A stretch of 64,000 nt of DNA from an uncultured Nitrososphaeraceae archaeon. GTDB taxonomy: Archaea > Thermoproteota > Nitrososphaeria > Nitrososphaerales > Nitrososphaeraceae. Every line of letters begins with the position of its first letter. Positions within the stretch are counted from its first letter, which is position 1. A program made the translations under genes and the position numbers. The notes below the pieces were generated by a model. That model was not told the origin of the DNA. It ran no database searches and was given only the letters and a program-made list of their open reading frames with translations. Shown piece after piece: positions 44,397 to 54,061 of this stretch. The stretch is from NCBI GenBank assembly GCA_963837175.1, contig CAWIMJ010000016.1, positions 96,001 through 160,000 on the forward strand, read 5' to 3'.

Positions 44397-44720
44397 CTAT
44401 TTGAGAGTCTGGGGATATATCACACCAACTGTTACTCTATCGATAGCGATGAAAGCACGCCTAATATTGGAGGTATTGAATAGTTCGATAGGACGATAAT
44501 CAGTACTTGCAGACCCATCCCCACGTACTTTTATAGAGCCAGCCAAAGGTTGTATAATAGCAGTGTTAGGTCGTGATGCTTCAAAGATGGATTCGTCGAG
44601 TAGTATTTCATTCTCCTTTAACAAATTTGAAATCTTTTTTTTCAAATCAAGCCATGATATTTTATAATTTTTACATAACTCTGTACCTGAATCTTCAAAC
44701 CAGCAGATGTCGATATACAT
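44397..44720 (-). CDS. Hypothetical protein
   Basis: 107 aa ATG ORF, 4 bp downstream of the Zn-finger ORF. Confidence 0.6.
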   Translation of the reverse strand: MYIDICWFEDSGTELCKNYKISWLDLKKKISNLLKENEILLDESIFEASRPNTAIIQPLAGSIKVRGDGSASTDYRPIELFNTSNIRRAFIAIDRVTVGVIYPQTLK

Positions 44721-44724
44721 TGGG

Positions 44725-44916
44725 CTAGATCACCTTTGTGCAAAGATTCCTCTCTTTATGATCCTGGAAATGGAGCTCGCAAAAATCATTTTCACAGTCA
44801 TAGCAATGCCATCCTGATAGAAAATAGCAAACTATGCACTTTCCTGTAGGTTTATTGTAGTCATAATTCCTTCTAGGTCTTGAAGTCTTTTGTTCTCTTT
44901 GTCGTTGTTGCTTCAT
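44725..44916 (-). CDS. Small Cys/His Zn-finger protein (B-box-like spacing)
   Basis: CIVC-x7-CYDC-x4-CELH-x3-H. Confidence 0.7.
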   Translation of the reverse strand: MKQQRQREQKTSRPRRNYDYNKPTGKCIVCYFLSGWHCYDCENDFCELHFQDHKERNLCTKVI

Positions 44917-45141
44917 AAAAATGGATGGCTCCTATAATTATCCATTAACAAAGTTAATCTTAGTGATACTATTCATAAACAAAGCATTTAGGCCTCAGAA
45001 ATAGTTACTTCTCCATAATCAGAAGTTTTCTTAAAATGGTTCAACTTTATTTAGTTAGAAATATAATTATATAAGGATTAACATTTTAGTTGAGTATAAG
45101 ATTTATTTCAGCCGCCGCTATGAATCGCATGAATCGTCGAT

Positions 45142-46020
45142 ATGACCAATAATTATGAAAAGACGCTTATCAAAGTTACAGTTATAGGAAAAGATCGTAA
45201 AGGAGTTGTTGCAGATATCACCAATTTTATCTTCAGAAATGGTGGAAATATTGAAAAAATTAATCAGAATGTTGTGCGAGGACTGTTCGGGATGCAGCTC
45301 GAAGCATCTTTTCAAAAACTGATTATGAATGAGCTGGACTCTGGTCTGAAGAGATTATCTGAGAAATTACACATGGAAATTAAGGTGCATTACCAGGAAC
45401 CAAATAGGATTCGAAACGTAGCTATCTTGGTTAGCAACGAGGATCACTGTTTGTTGAAAATTTTAAAGGCCAGGAAGAAAGGTGAGATCAATGCGAACTT
45501 TTTTGTAATTATTGCAAGCAATGATAACAATCTCAAGTCGATTGTAGAGGACGCGAGAATACCGTTCCATGTTGTGAGCAATATAGATCAAATAGAAGCA
45601 GAAAACAGGATGCTAGAGTTAAACGAACAATACAATGTTGATCTCATAGTCTTAGCAAGATATATGCGTATATTAACTCCTAACTTTGTTTGGAGATATC
45701 CAGATAGAATTATCAATATTCATCCGTCACTCTTACCTGCGTTCCCTGGAGCATATGCATATGTTCAAGCATTTGAAAGAGGAGCAAAGATAGTCGGGTG
45801 CACCGCTCATTTTGTTACTGAAGATCTCGATCAAGGTCCAATAATATGCCAAGAATCTTTCAAGGTTTTACAGTCAGATACACTTGAAAGTATTAAAAGG
45901 AAAGGACAGGCATTAGAAGCCTCGACGCTTCTTGACGCTCTAAAATTATCTCTAGAAGAAAGACTTGAAGTGTACTGGGGAAGAGTACATATAATGGAGG
46001 AAAAAAAGAAGCCAAACTAA
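45142..46020 (+). CDS. purU: Formyltetrahydrofolate deformylase
   Basis: N-terminal ACT domain (GKDRKGVVADI), VLARYMRIL, INIHPSLLPAF, HFVTEDLDQGPII. Confidence 0.95.
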   Translation: MTNNYEKTLIKVTVIGKDRKGVVADITNFIFRNGGNIEKINQNVVRGLFGMQLEASFQKLIMNELDSGLKRLSEKLHMEIKVHYQEPNRIRNVAILVSNEDHCLLKILKARKKGEINANFFVIIASNDNNLKSIVEDARIPFHVVSNIDQIEAENRMLELNEQYNVDLIVLARYMRILTPNFVWRYPDRIINIHPSLLPAFPGAYAYVQAFERGAKIVGCTAHFVTEDLDQGPIICQESFKVLQSDTLESIKRKGQALEASTLLDALKLSLEERLEVYWGRVHIMEEKKKPN

Positions 46021-46849
46021 GCAGGTAAAAGCAAGCATAAATAAATTATATCGATTTTCGATTTTTGCGTCTCCATATATATCTGTGTGTGTTTTTTGCG
46101 GAATAGTGAGCGAACAAATATTTTTCTGTAGCAAATATAGTTAAAATAAAAGCTTTTTTAGCGCTTCTTATAGTTTATGGATAGTGGTGGTGTAATGACA
46201 AGGACACTGCCGATTATTGTTGTTATTGGTATCATTATTATTATTATTCTTGTTGTTCTTTGGCCATTTATTAATCCTGATATTGTCCTGAGTAAACTTG
46301 ATCCTATACCCAAACCAGCAGGGAGACGAAGGAAGAGTTTAGCGCCAGAAATTTAATAATCACATATTTGAACTATATCTCATGGTGAATCAATAGATCA
46401 TAATTGGGAAAGTGGAGATATTTTTAGCAATCCAAATATTCCATCTTGCTACTCGACAACAAATCTTTCAAATCTATATGTGAGAGTAGTAGCAAACTCA
46501 AATGTAAAATTCATAGTCAATGATAATAATGCTCAAGAAGACAAGCCGGACGGTATTGCAGTTACTGCTTATAGTAATGAGGGAAAACCAACAAAAGTTC
46601 TATGTCACTGAAGAATATAGCATTAACTCTTTTACAATCAATTAAGATAAAGGAAAATATGTATTATTAGCGGAAGCAAAATGGTTAGATGCTAATAATA
46701 TTAACCGAGGTGTAAGTGAGTATGTTAGCTATAATTATAGAATAAGAGCAATCAATTAGATCACGATAAAATATTTTTCCAATATCAGCTTTAATAGTTC
46801 AATTTATTTATAGTATAATGATTTATTTATTATTGAGATAAAGACAACA

Positions 46850-47014
46850 ATGTCCAACAATAGATCAGAACTAGTTTGCAATTGCAGAGGATGCGATCAC
46901 GAATTTGGCGAAGAATGCTTAGATGCAAAATGTGAATGTTGCAGCCTTGAAGACCATGTCAAGGGTACTAATGCAGAAGATGCAACACAAGTTTTTCCAG
47001 GCGGTTCCCTCTAA
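46850..47014 (+). CDS. Cys-rich 54-aa microprotein (metallothionein-like), absent from the ORF track
   Basis: MSNNRSELVCNCRGCDHEFGEECLDAKCECCSLEDHVKGTNAEDATQVFPGGSL; 7 Cys and 2 His; AT-rich TATA-like upstream region. Confidence 0.65.
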   Translation: MSNNRSELVCNCRGCDHEFGEECLDAKCECCSLEDHVKGTNAEDATQVFPGGSL

Positions 47015-47324
47015 AAGTCAAAAGATAATTTGAGGAATAATACTCATTTTTCATGTGAGACAGTAGTATTAACAAGCAACTGACTTGCCAGGTAGATAAG
47101 GTTAAAAGTTGCAGTAATAAAACCAACAGAGTACATATGGGATTTATTCATATTTCTTAACAGCTGCGCCTTTTTTTCTATTTCTCTTGCAATCCCTTTT
47201 GCACCTATATTATCGCTTACTCGTAGATTATGCTCACTCTAATAATGTATCATATCTATAGGGATATTAATTTCAAACGTTGTAAAGTTGATAAACTTGT
47301 AAGGCTGCCTGATTTTAGAGAAAG

Positions 47325-48038
47325 ATGTCTGTTTCGATATACAAGATGACCCACGGCGAATTTTGTGATATAATTAATAACGTTAAGCGAGCGATAATTC
47401 CAGTGGGATCAATGGAACAACATGGAGAACATCTACCTGTTTCAACAGATTCTTTAATTGCGGAAAATATCGCAAGATTAGTTGCAGAACAAGTTCCATG
47501 TTTCGTTGTACCACCGATTTTATTTGGAGTATCATATGAACATAGACCTATGTTTAACATTTCAGTACGTAACGCTACTCTATCAAGAACGATATGTGAT
47601 ATTTGTTGTTCACTGGTAGAAAATGGTATTAAGAATATCGTGTTGATAAATGGTCATCACGGAAATATAGGGGCACTACAGTATATAGCCCAGAATCTGT
47701 ATGGGAAAATACCCAACGACATTAGCATACATTCCATCAATTATTGGCACTTGATGCATAGTGAATTTGATCATGCAGGAGATATTGAAACATCACTTGT
47801 TCTTGCCATAGCTCCTGAATTGGTCAGAATGGATAAGGCAGAAGCCAATTATAACAATCTCTCAAAGTCAAAAGTAGCATATGCAAGTATGACAAATAAC
47901 CCAAACTCTTTTCCGAAGATAACTGGAAATGGAGTTTGGGGAGATCCAAGAAATGCCTCGGCGGATAAAGGACATCAATTACTTGAAGAAATAGTAAGAA
48001 ATCTTGTTCAGACTATACACGAGATAGAAAGTTACTAA
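47325..48038 (+). CDS. Creatininase family amidohydrolase (ArfB-like)
   Basis: PVGSMEQHGEHLPVSTD, GVSYEH, NGHHGN, DHAGDIETS, GVWGDP. Confidence 0.92.
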   Translation: MSVSIYKMTHGEFCDIINNVKRAIIPVGSMEQHGEHLPVSTDSLIAENIARLVAEQVPCFVVPPILFGVSYEHRPMFNISVRNATLSRTICDICCSLVENGIKNIVLINGHHGNIGALQYIAQNLYGKIPNDISIHSINYWHLMHSEFDHAGDIETSLVLAIAPELVRMDKAEANYNNLSKSKVAYASMTNNPNSFPKITGNGVWGDPRNASADKGHQLLEEIVRNLVQTIHEIESY

Positions 48039-48306
48039 TGAACTATGGATAAACAAATTATTTGTTATCCTGCCAGTCAGCACCAATAGCATATCTCTTC
48101 CTCCTTACTACAACGAATGAAAAATTCTCATAAAATAAATGAATATGCCACAGAATACATCCAGCGAATAGCAATAGAGAGAGAGATCTACTGGTCAGCA
48201 ACTAAGAACTTTTATGAAATGAATAGTTTTTAATATTTAAGATACTTGCAAACAATGAAATTTTAATATATACCTACAATATCCCTTAACTGTAGGTAGA
48301 TTAGCA

Positions 48307-48537
48307 TTGTCAGTGGACATGGCAGTAAAGGTTCTTGACGAGAGCCTTGGTAAGGTCGTTCTTATTAAATTGAAGGGAGGAAAGGTTATCAGAGGTAATC
48401 TTCATGGTTTCGATCAGCACATGAATTTGTTATTAGACGATTCTGTAGAATTTTCAGATGGTGGTGACCCCAATGACTTGGGCACAATTGTAGTACGGGG
48501 TGACAATGTAGTTATTATATCTCCACCTCCTATGTGA
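48307..48537 (+). CDS. Sm/Lsm RNA-binding protein
   Basis: GNLHGFDQHMNLLL, IVVRGDNVVIISP. Confidence 0.96.
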   Translation: MSVDMAVKVLDESLGKVVLIKLKGGKVIRGNLHGFDQHMNLLLDDSVEFSDGGDPNDLGTIVVRGDNVVIISPPPM

Positions 48538-48567
48538 GAGAGAGATAGAGAGAGTGAGTGAATTAGT

Positions 48568-48738
48568 ATGACCAGAGGCACCACTTCAATGGGTAATTTC
48601 ACCAGAAAGAAGACGCATATTAGATGTAGAAGGTGCGGCCATAATGCATTTCATAAACGAGGAAAAGAATGTGCCAAATGTGGCTATCCAGATTCTCGAA
48701 TGAGAAAGTATAATTGGATTAAACGGCAAGTAATATAA
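48568..48738 (+). CDS. rpl37e: 50S ribosomal protein L37e (absent from the ORF track)
   Basis: [50 protein letters not shown]; the usual Lsm-L37e pair. Confidence 0.96.
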   Translation: MTRGTTSMGNFTRKKTHIRCRRCGHNAFHKRGKECAKCGYPDSRMRKYNWIKRQVI

Positions 48739-48903
48739 TATTAATAGTATCAGCATTCTTAAGATCTCCTATATAGATGACTTACATCATAGAACGCTTC
48801 CTTTCATATTATTATTATTATTAATTTCAATTATTAATTATTTAAAAAACTATAACAGAAAGCTTAACTGCGTCTGCAACAACATAAACAAAGGATCTTT
48901 GCT

Positions 48904-49707
48904 TTGTTTGAAGAGATACTTTTAATTGCTGCTTTTGCATTAGCAGGAGCAATATCAGGAGCTATAATTCTCAATAAAATATCTAGGATCAAAACTTTAT
49001 TAAAGAAAAAAGAACGTTTCACAAAAGCCTTTATCACTACTAAGGAAGAACTTCAATCTTTACAATTTGAAAAAAGCTTGATATCACAGTCTATCACTAG
49101 AGTTTATGAGGCATCATATGAGGGCAAAATTGACCTCATAGAACGCGACAGACTTTTACTAAAGTATAAACAACAACTTAATTCATACGACAAAAAAATT
49201 GCAGATTTACAATCCTTGGTAGATATTTCAGAACTTGCTGATATGCGTAATGGATTAGTTTCTCTGATAGAAGGAAGAATAACAGCAATTGATCATAAGC
49301 TGGCTGAGATCTCTAATAAATATGGAATATCTACATCAGATATCATCATCGGCTCCTCACCAAAAAGTAGTAACCAACAACCAATTATCGACAGGGCTGG
49401 AGAAGAGGAGGAGGAGGAGAAGAAAAATAATAAGAAGGAAGAAGAAAATCAAGAGAAATTTGGCAATGAGGGACATCAATCACAACACCTAGCAAATGAG
49501 GAAACGATGGCGATCAGAGAACAAAAAAATCAGAAGAAGAAAGATAGTGTTAGAGAAAAGATAAAAACAGAAGAAAAAACTATTGACGAGATTCAAAAGG
49601 AAATTATGCAGGCACTTGGAAGGTTAGAACAAATAGATCCCGATAGTGGCGACTGGGATCATGAGCCATCAGTCAACAAGAAACGCGATGCTCTAAGTAG
49701 TATTTAA
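48904..49707 (+). CDS. Membrane-anchored coiled-coil protein
   Basis: N-terminal TM, coiled coil, acidic low-complexity linker. Confidence 0.75.
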   Translation: MFEEILLIAAFALAGAISGAIILNKISRIKTLLKKKERFTKAFITTKEELQSLQFEKSLISQSITRVYEASYEGKIDLIERDRLLLKYKQQLNSYDKKIADLQSLVDISELADMRNGLVSLIEGRITAIDHKLAEISNKYGISTSDIIIGSSPKSSNQQPIIDRAGEEEEEEKKNNKKEEENQEKFGNEGHQSQHLANEETMAIREQKNQKKKDSVREKIKTEEKTIDEIQKEIMQALGRLEQIDPDSGDWDHEPSVNKKRDALSSI

Positions 49708-50025
49708 TATTAGAGATTTTTATATATAATATATTCTGTAATATGGGCTTTTTGGCTGACTTGCTTTTTAGAAATAAACAAATTCGGAGATAAAGATTAA
49801 AGTACCATTGTTTTCTTAGTTACTGAATGTTCTTCTTCTTATCGTCATCATCTTCATCATCTTCTTCATCTCCTTCATCTTCATCCTTATACTACTGCTT
49901 CTCCTTCTCCTTCAACTTTTCATTATCCTTCCAATTCAGAACATCGATCATCGAGAAATCAATCCTTTGAACTTCTTGCTAAGGATGCAGTAGAACGATA
50001 TGTAAAGGATAATCAGATTATCGGA

Positions 50026-50625
50026 TTGGGCAGCGGAAGCACCATAGCGGTTCTTGTCAGGGAATTGGCAAGGTTAAAGAATAAAAATACATTGAAATTT
50101 ATTGTCACATCTCTCCAAATAAAAACAGAGGCCGAAAATAGCGGACTGGAGATAGTTGATGAAAATCATATTCCAGAAATTGATGTTGTTTTTGATGGTG
50201 CTGACCAGATTGATTCACAATATAATATGATAAAGGGAGGCGGTGGAGCCTTACTCAAAGAGAAAATTTTGATTTCGGCTGCAAAGCAAGTAGTTATTGC
50301 AGCTGATTCGACGAAATTTGTAGAAAAGTTTAATCGACCCATTCCTCTTGAAGTTCATCCATTCGCTCGGTCTGCAGTATCGAGAAAATTGAAAGAGATT
50401 AGTTCGCAAGTCCAGCTACGAATTTTGGAAAAAGGTTATCCTTTTATCACTGAAAATGGCAATATAATTTTCGACGCCACATTTAATTCTATAATAGACG
50501 TCCCAAAGAAGGAGATTGAATTAAAAAGTATTCCAGGTGTACTTGAAGTGGGTCTTTTTACAAGACGGGCAGACATTTATTACAAAGCAAAAAGTGACGG
50601 TTATTTTGAGTCTTTTAGATTTTAG
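50026..50625 (+). CDS. rpiA: Ribose-5-phosphate isomerase A (homology extends upstream to about 49960; start unresolved)
   Basis: IGLGSGST, DGADQ, IKGGGGALLKEK, FITENGN, IPGVLEVGLF. Confidence 0.95.
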   Translation: MGSGSTIAVLVRELARLKNKNTLKFIVTSLQIKTEAENSGLEIVDENHIPEIDVVFDGADQIDSQYNMIKGGGGALLKEKILISAAKQVVIAADSTKFVEKFNRPIPLEVHPFARSAVSRKLKEISSQVQLRILEKGYPFITENGNIIFDATFNSIIDVPKKEIELKSIPGVLEVGLFTRRADIYYKAKSDGYFESFRF

Positions 50626-50776
50626 GATATATTATCAAAGCTAATATTTTCCCTACTACTCCTACTACTTCTAGATGCAGTCCTCCTTTTTCCCGCTCGC
50701 ATCATTTCTTTGTGATCGCAATTATGCTTTTCAATCTATTATTATTATTAGTCGGACTCATTTTCTAATACTTACA

Positions 50777-52231
50777 CTAATAATTTCCTCTGACAGGCCT
50801 GCTAACAAACTTTCCATGACCTAGCGACTTGCTGTTAATCATACCATTCTCCATGATAACTTCTCCTCTTACCATTGTCAGAATCGGCCAGCCCCGGAGT
50901 GTCCATCCGTCATAAATTGTATAATCAGAGTAGGAGTGTAACAGATCTGGTGTGACTTTTTGCTCCAACTCTAGATCTACAATGGTTAGATCTGCATCAG
51001 ACTTTTGACGAATAGTGCCTTTCTTTGGATACATGCCAAAAATTCTGGCTGCATTATAGCTTGTGGTTTCGGCTATCTGTTCCATATTGATTCTGTTTTC
51101 ATTTACCCCTTTGCTCAGTAAAACAGGGAGTATGGTACCAATTCCTGGAAAGCCTGCGAGTGCAGACCAGATATCACCACTTCCCATCTTCATTGACAGT
51201 CTGTTAGCGACGTGATCGGACCCTATTGTATCTATTATCCCATTTCGTAATGCCGACCACATGCTTTGAACATCACTTTTAGATCTAATAGGAGGAACAA
51301 CTTTTCCTGTGAGTTTTTCAAATTCTGTTGTATGTGTCAAGTAATGAGGGCATGTTTCAATATAGAGATTAGATTTGCCTTTCTCCTTTTCTGTCAATAT
51401 TGCATCAAGTGCCGCAGTTGAACCTATATGTACAAAATACAGGTTTGAACCGTATTTTCTACTAATGAAGGCGATCTTCCTTATGCTTTCGGCCTCAGAA
51501 GAAGAAGATGGCCTGCAATCAGACCATGTCTTCAAGCTTGATGCTGAATCGACATGTATCATTCCCGCTTTTAGTTCTCTTTCTCTTTTAATGTGAGCTG
51601 CACATACTGCTGGATCTTCTGCATGTACAAGTACAGTTGAATAATTTACTTTGGAAGCCTCTTTAATTATTGAAGACATTAATTCATCGGTCATGTTAAC
51701 TTCAGCTTCTCTGATAGTGTGTGTACCAGGTTCAAGATCCAAAAAAATATGATTTAGATCGGCTCCAAGATTCATATAGATCTTAAATGAGTTAATTCCG
51801 ATTTTTTTTAGATAAGGAATATCTTTTATTTGCTCTGGTGTTAGGATCGATGCATGAATTGAGTAGTCAATATGATGATTATGCTTGCTTGCTTCAAGAT
51901 GTTTTCCTATATTTTTTTGATAACTTTCATTCATTCGGAGCATACGGATCATGGTAGTTACTCCGCCTACTGCAGCAGATCTGGATTCGCTTTTTGCTGC
52001 TTCATCGATTGGAGAATAGACACCATAATGAATATGAGGGTCTATTAATCCGGGTAAGACATACTTTCCATTAGCATTAATTATTTTTGATGCATGAATA
52101 TTGTGAATTGATTTTGTAAGAGCCTTGATTTTACCATTTTCTATCATTATATTAGTTTGTACTATTCCCTCACTCCTAGGAATTACGGCAGACGCATTTG
52201 TAATTAAAATATCACAGGAGTTTTGCATCAT
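50777..52231 (-). CDS. Cyclic amidohydrolase (dihydropyrimidinase/allantoinase/dihydroorotase family)
   Basis: PGLIDPHIH, GGVTT, SFKIYM (carbamylated Lys position), HAED, ETCPHYL, PPIR, GSDH, DADL. Confidence 0.92.
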   Translation of the reverse strand: MMQNSCDILITNASAVIPRSEGIVQTNIMIENGKIKALTKSIHNIHASKIINANGKYVLPGLIDPHIHYGVYSPIDEAAKSESRSAAVGGVTTMIRMLRMNESYQKNIGKHLEASKHNHHIDYSIHASILTPEQIKDIPYLKKIGINSFKIYMNLGADLNHIFLDLEPGTHTIREAEVNMTDELMSSIIKEASKVNYSTVLVHAEDPAVCAAHIKRERELKAGMIHVDSASSLKTWSDCRPSSSSEAESIRKIAFISRKYGSNLYFVHIGSTAALDAILTEKEKGKSNLYIETCPHYLTHTTEFEKLTGKVVPPIRSKSDVQSMWSALRNGIIDTIGSDHVANRLSMKMGSGDIWSALAGFPGIGTILPVLLSKGVNENRINMEQIAETTSYNAARIFGMYPKKGTIRQKSDADLTIVDLELEQKVTPDLLHSYSDYTIYDGWTLRGWPILTMVRGEVIMENGMINSKSLGHGKFVSRPVRGNY

Positions 52232-52524
52232 TTACTTTCTTTAGTGATTGGCTGCAAGCTAACGTTTAATCTTTGATATACATACGATCGCGTTTTTTAT
52301 AGTTCTATTGTTATTATTATTATTATTGTTATTATCGATAATATTATTAGTGTTTCAAATTTACAGACATATTTTTATTATCATTTTCCTCACAACAAGA
52401 ACAATTCTTATTATCAATTTGGATATATTTTAAAGGATTCTTTTGTTAGTCTTTGTAAATACCTTTTCTTACAAATATAACAGATAATAATGCCTGTGAG
52501 CTATTTATCATCGTAATATCACGA

Positions 52525-53346
52525 GTGGCTACAAGAGACGATGATCCTTTTTCAGATTGGGCAGAACTTATTCACAAGCCTGTATATTCTATTGATGGGA
52601 AGAAGCTTGGATTCCTTAAAAAATTGCTCTCAGATTACATGTTTGTTGGTCGAGGATTTTTTAATTTAGAAAAATACTTGATTCCAAGATCAGTTGCAGA
52701 AGCAGTAAGCAAAAAAGGTATCAGGCTAAACATTACAGCTTATGAAGCTCGCTCAAAGTATTCATATTCAAAAATGAAATATTCTGTTACTAATTTTGGG
52801 ATTCTGCCAGAAACTGTGGTAGGACATAGGATAATTTATGATAGATTTCAGACTTTACGTCATCATACTACTCGAAATAGATTGGCAGCAATAATTGCCT
52901 TTATTTCTGGAATCTTGTTTCTGGTTTCAGGATACAAGGCAAACTTGGCAATATATGATATCGTCACACACGAGGTTATGATATATACAGCCAGACAATT
53001 CTGGTCATTTGTATTAGCTCCAGTTGGGGTCCTTGCAATGTTAAGCCAACTTGGAGGAATTACGGTACTTCTAGGAGCAGGATTATTTGCTTTAAATAGA
53101 GTAACTCTTGGAAAATTTTTAGTTTTTATTGGAACTGGCCAGGGTATTTTTACTATAGCCCTGCATATTTGGTCAGAAATATGGTCTGGTAAAATAGCAC
53201 TTGAAAATAACTATATAACATCTCTGACATCTTCTGCAGTAGGATTAGGTATTTTGTTTGCAGTATTAGCTCAGTCGATTTCAAAGAGCTGGGGAGAAAC
53301 TATTATTAGAAGAACAGTGCGACATATTTTTGGAAAGGAACACTAA
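52525..53346 (+). CDS. Hypothetical protein, PRC-barrel-like N-terminus plus about 4 TM
   Basis: KPVYSIDGKKLG..YLIP; hydrophobic C-terminal half. Confidence 0.7.
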   Translation: MATRDDDPFSDWAELIHKPVYSIDGKKLGFLKKLLSDYMFVGRGFFNLEKYLIPRSVAEAVSKKGIRLNITAYEARSKYSYSKMKYSVTNFGILPETVVGHRIIYDRFQTLRHHTTRNRLAAIIAFISGILFLVSGYKANLAIYDIVTHEVMIYTARQFWSFVLAPVGVLAMLSQLGGITVLLGAGLFALNRVTLGKFLVFIGTGQGIFTIALHIWSEIWSGKIALENNYITSLTSSAVGLGILFAVLAQSISKSWGETIIRRTVRHIFGKEH

Positions 53347-53500
53347 TGAATAGTGATGGATTTATTCTCCTGTCATTTAATAGAAAAGATTCAGAGTAGC
53401 AATACACTACTATGCCCACGGAGACCAGAAATTATTTAAAATATTATCACTAGGAGCCCCTATTACTACACCATCAGTGTAGTCGAATAATGGCTAGCGG

Positions 53501-53677
53501 CTATTTGTTCCGTTTCATATGCATTTTTGATTTCGTATCATTACTATTGCTATTTTCAAATAGCATCTCACAGTCGCAGCGCCCATCAAGCCTTACTTGC
53601 CGTCCACATCTGGGGCATATAGACATTGGTGGAGGCGAGTTGTCGTCTTCCTGAAGACCATACAATACGGTAGACAT
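53501..53677 (-). CDS. CPxCG-type Zn-finger microprotein, 58 aa (absent from the ORF track)
   Basis: MSTVLYGLQEDDNSPPPMSICPRCGRQVRLDGRCDCEMLFENS... Confidence 0.5.
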   Translation of the reverse strand: MSTVLYGLQEDDNSPPPMSICPRCGRQVRLDGRCDCEMLFENSNSNDTKSKMHMKRNK

Positions 53678-54061
53678 ACCTACTTATTATACGACATACT
53701 AGTTTATAAGATCTTCATAGAAAATGTGTTTCTTCTACTTATTTCTTTTATATATCAGCACTTTATAATAACTGTATAAAATATTTATTAAAAAATCCAA
53801 ATTCTTTATCCTAGTTTAGTTAACTTTGATTACTTATCGTTACCTTAATGGATTGTGATCATTCATTTAAAGACGTATGAAAGGATCTAGACAATATAAT
53901 ATATCCAATAGATACTAAAAATTAAAAATGAAATTATTGATCGTGCTACTAAAATAAACTAAATTAAGCAAAACTTGTTTCTAAAATCATTCATTCATCT
54001 CAACAGACATTAAAAGAGATAAAATAAGTTGTATTCTAAATATATAATCACAATAGAGTAG

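Noticed and set aside
43260-45140. Provirus or integrative element at tRNA-Leu
   Set aside because: No integrase and no duplicated tRNA 3' end seen.
47325-48038. Creatinine catabolism gene
   Set aside because: Archaeal members of this family usually act as ArfB-type deformylases in flavin/F420 synthesis; no creatinase or transporter is adjacent.
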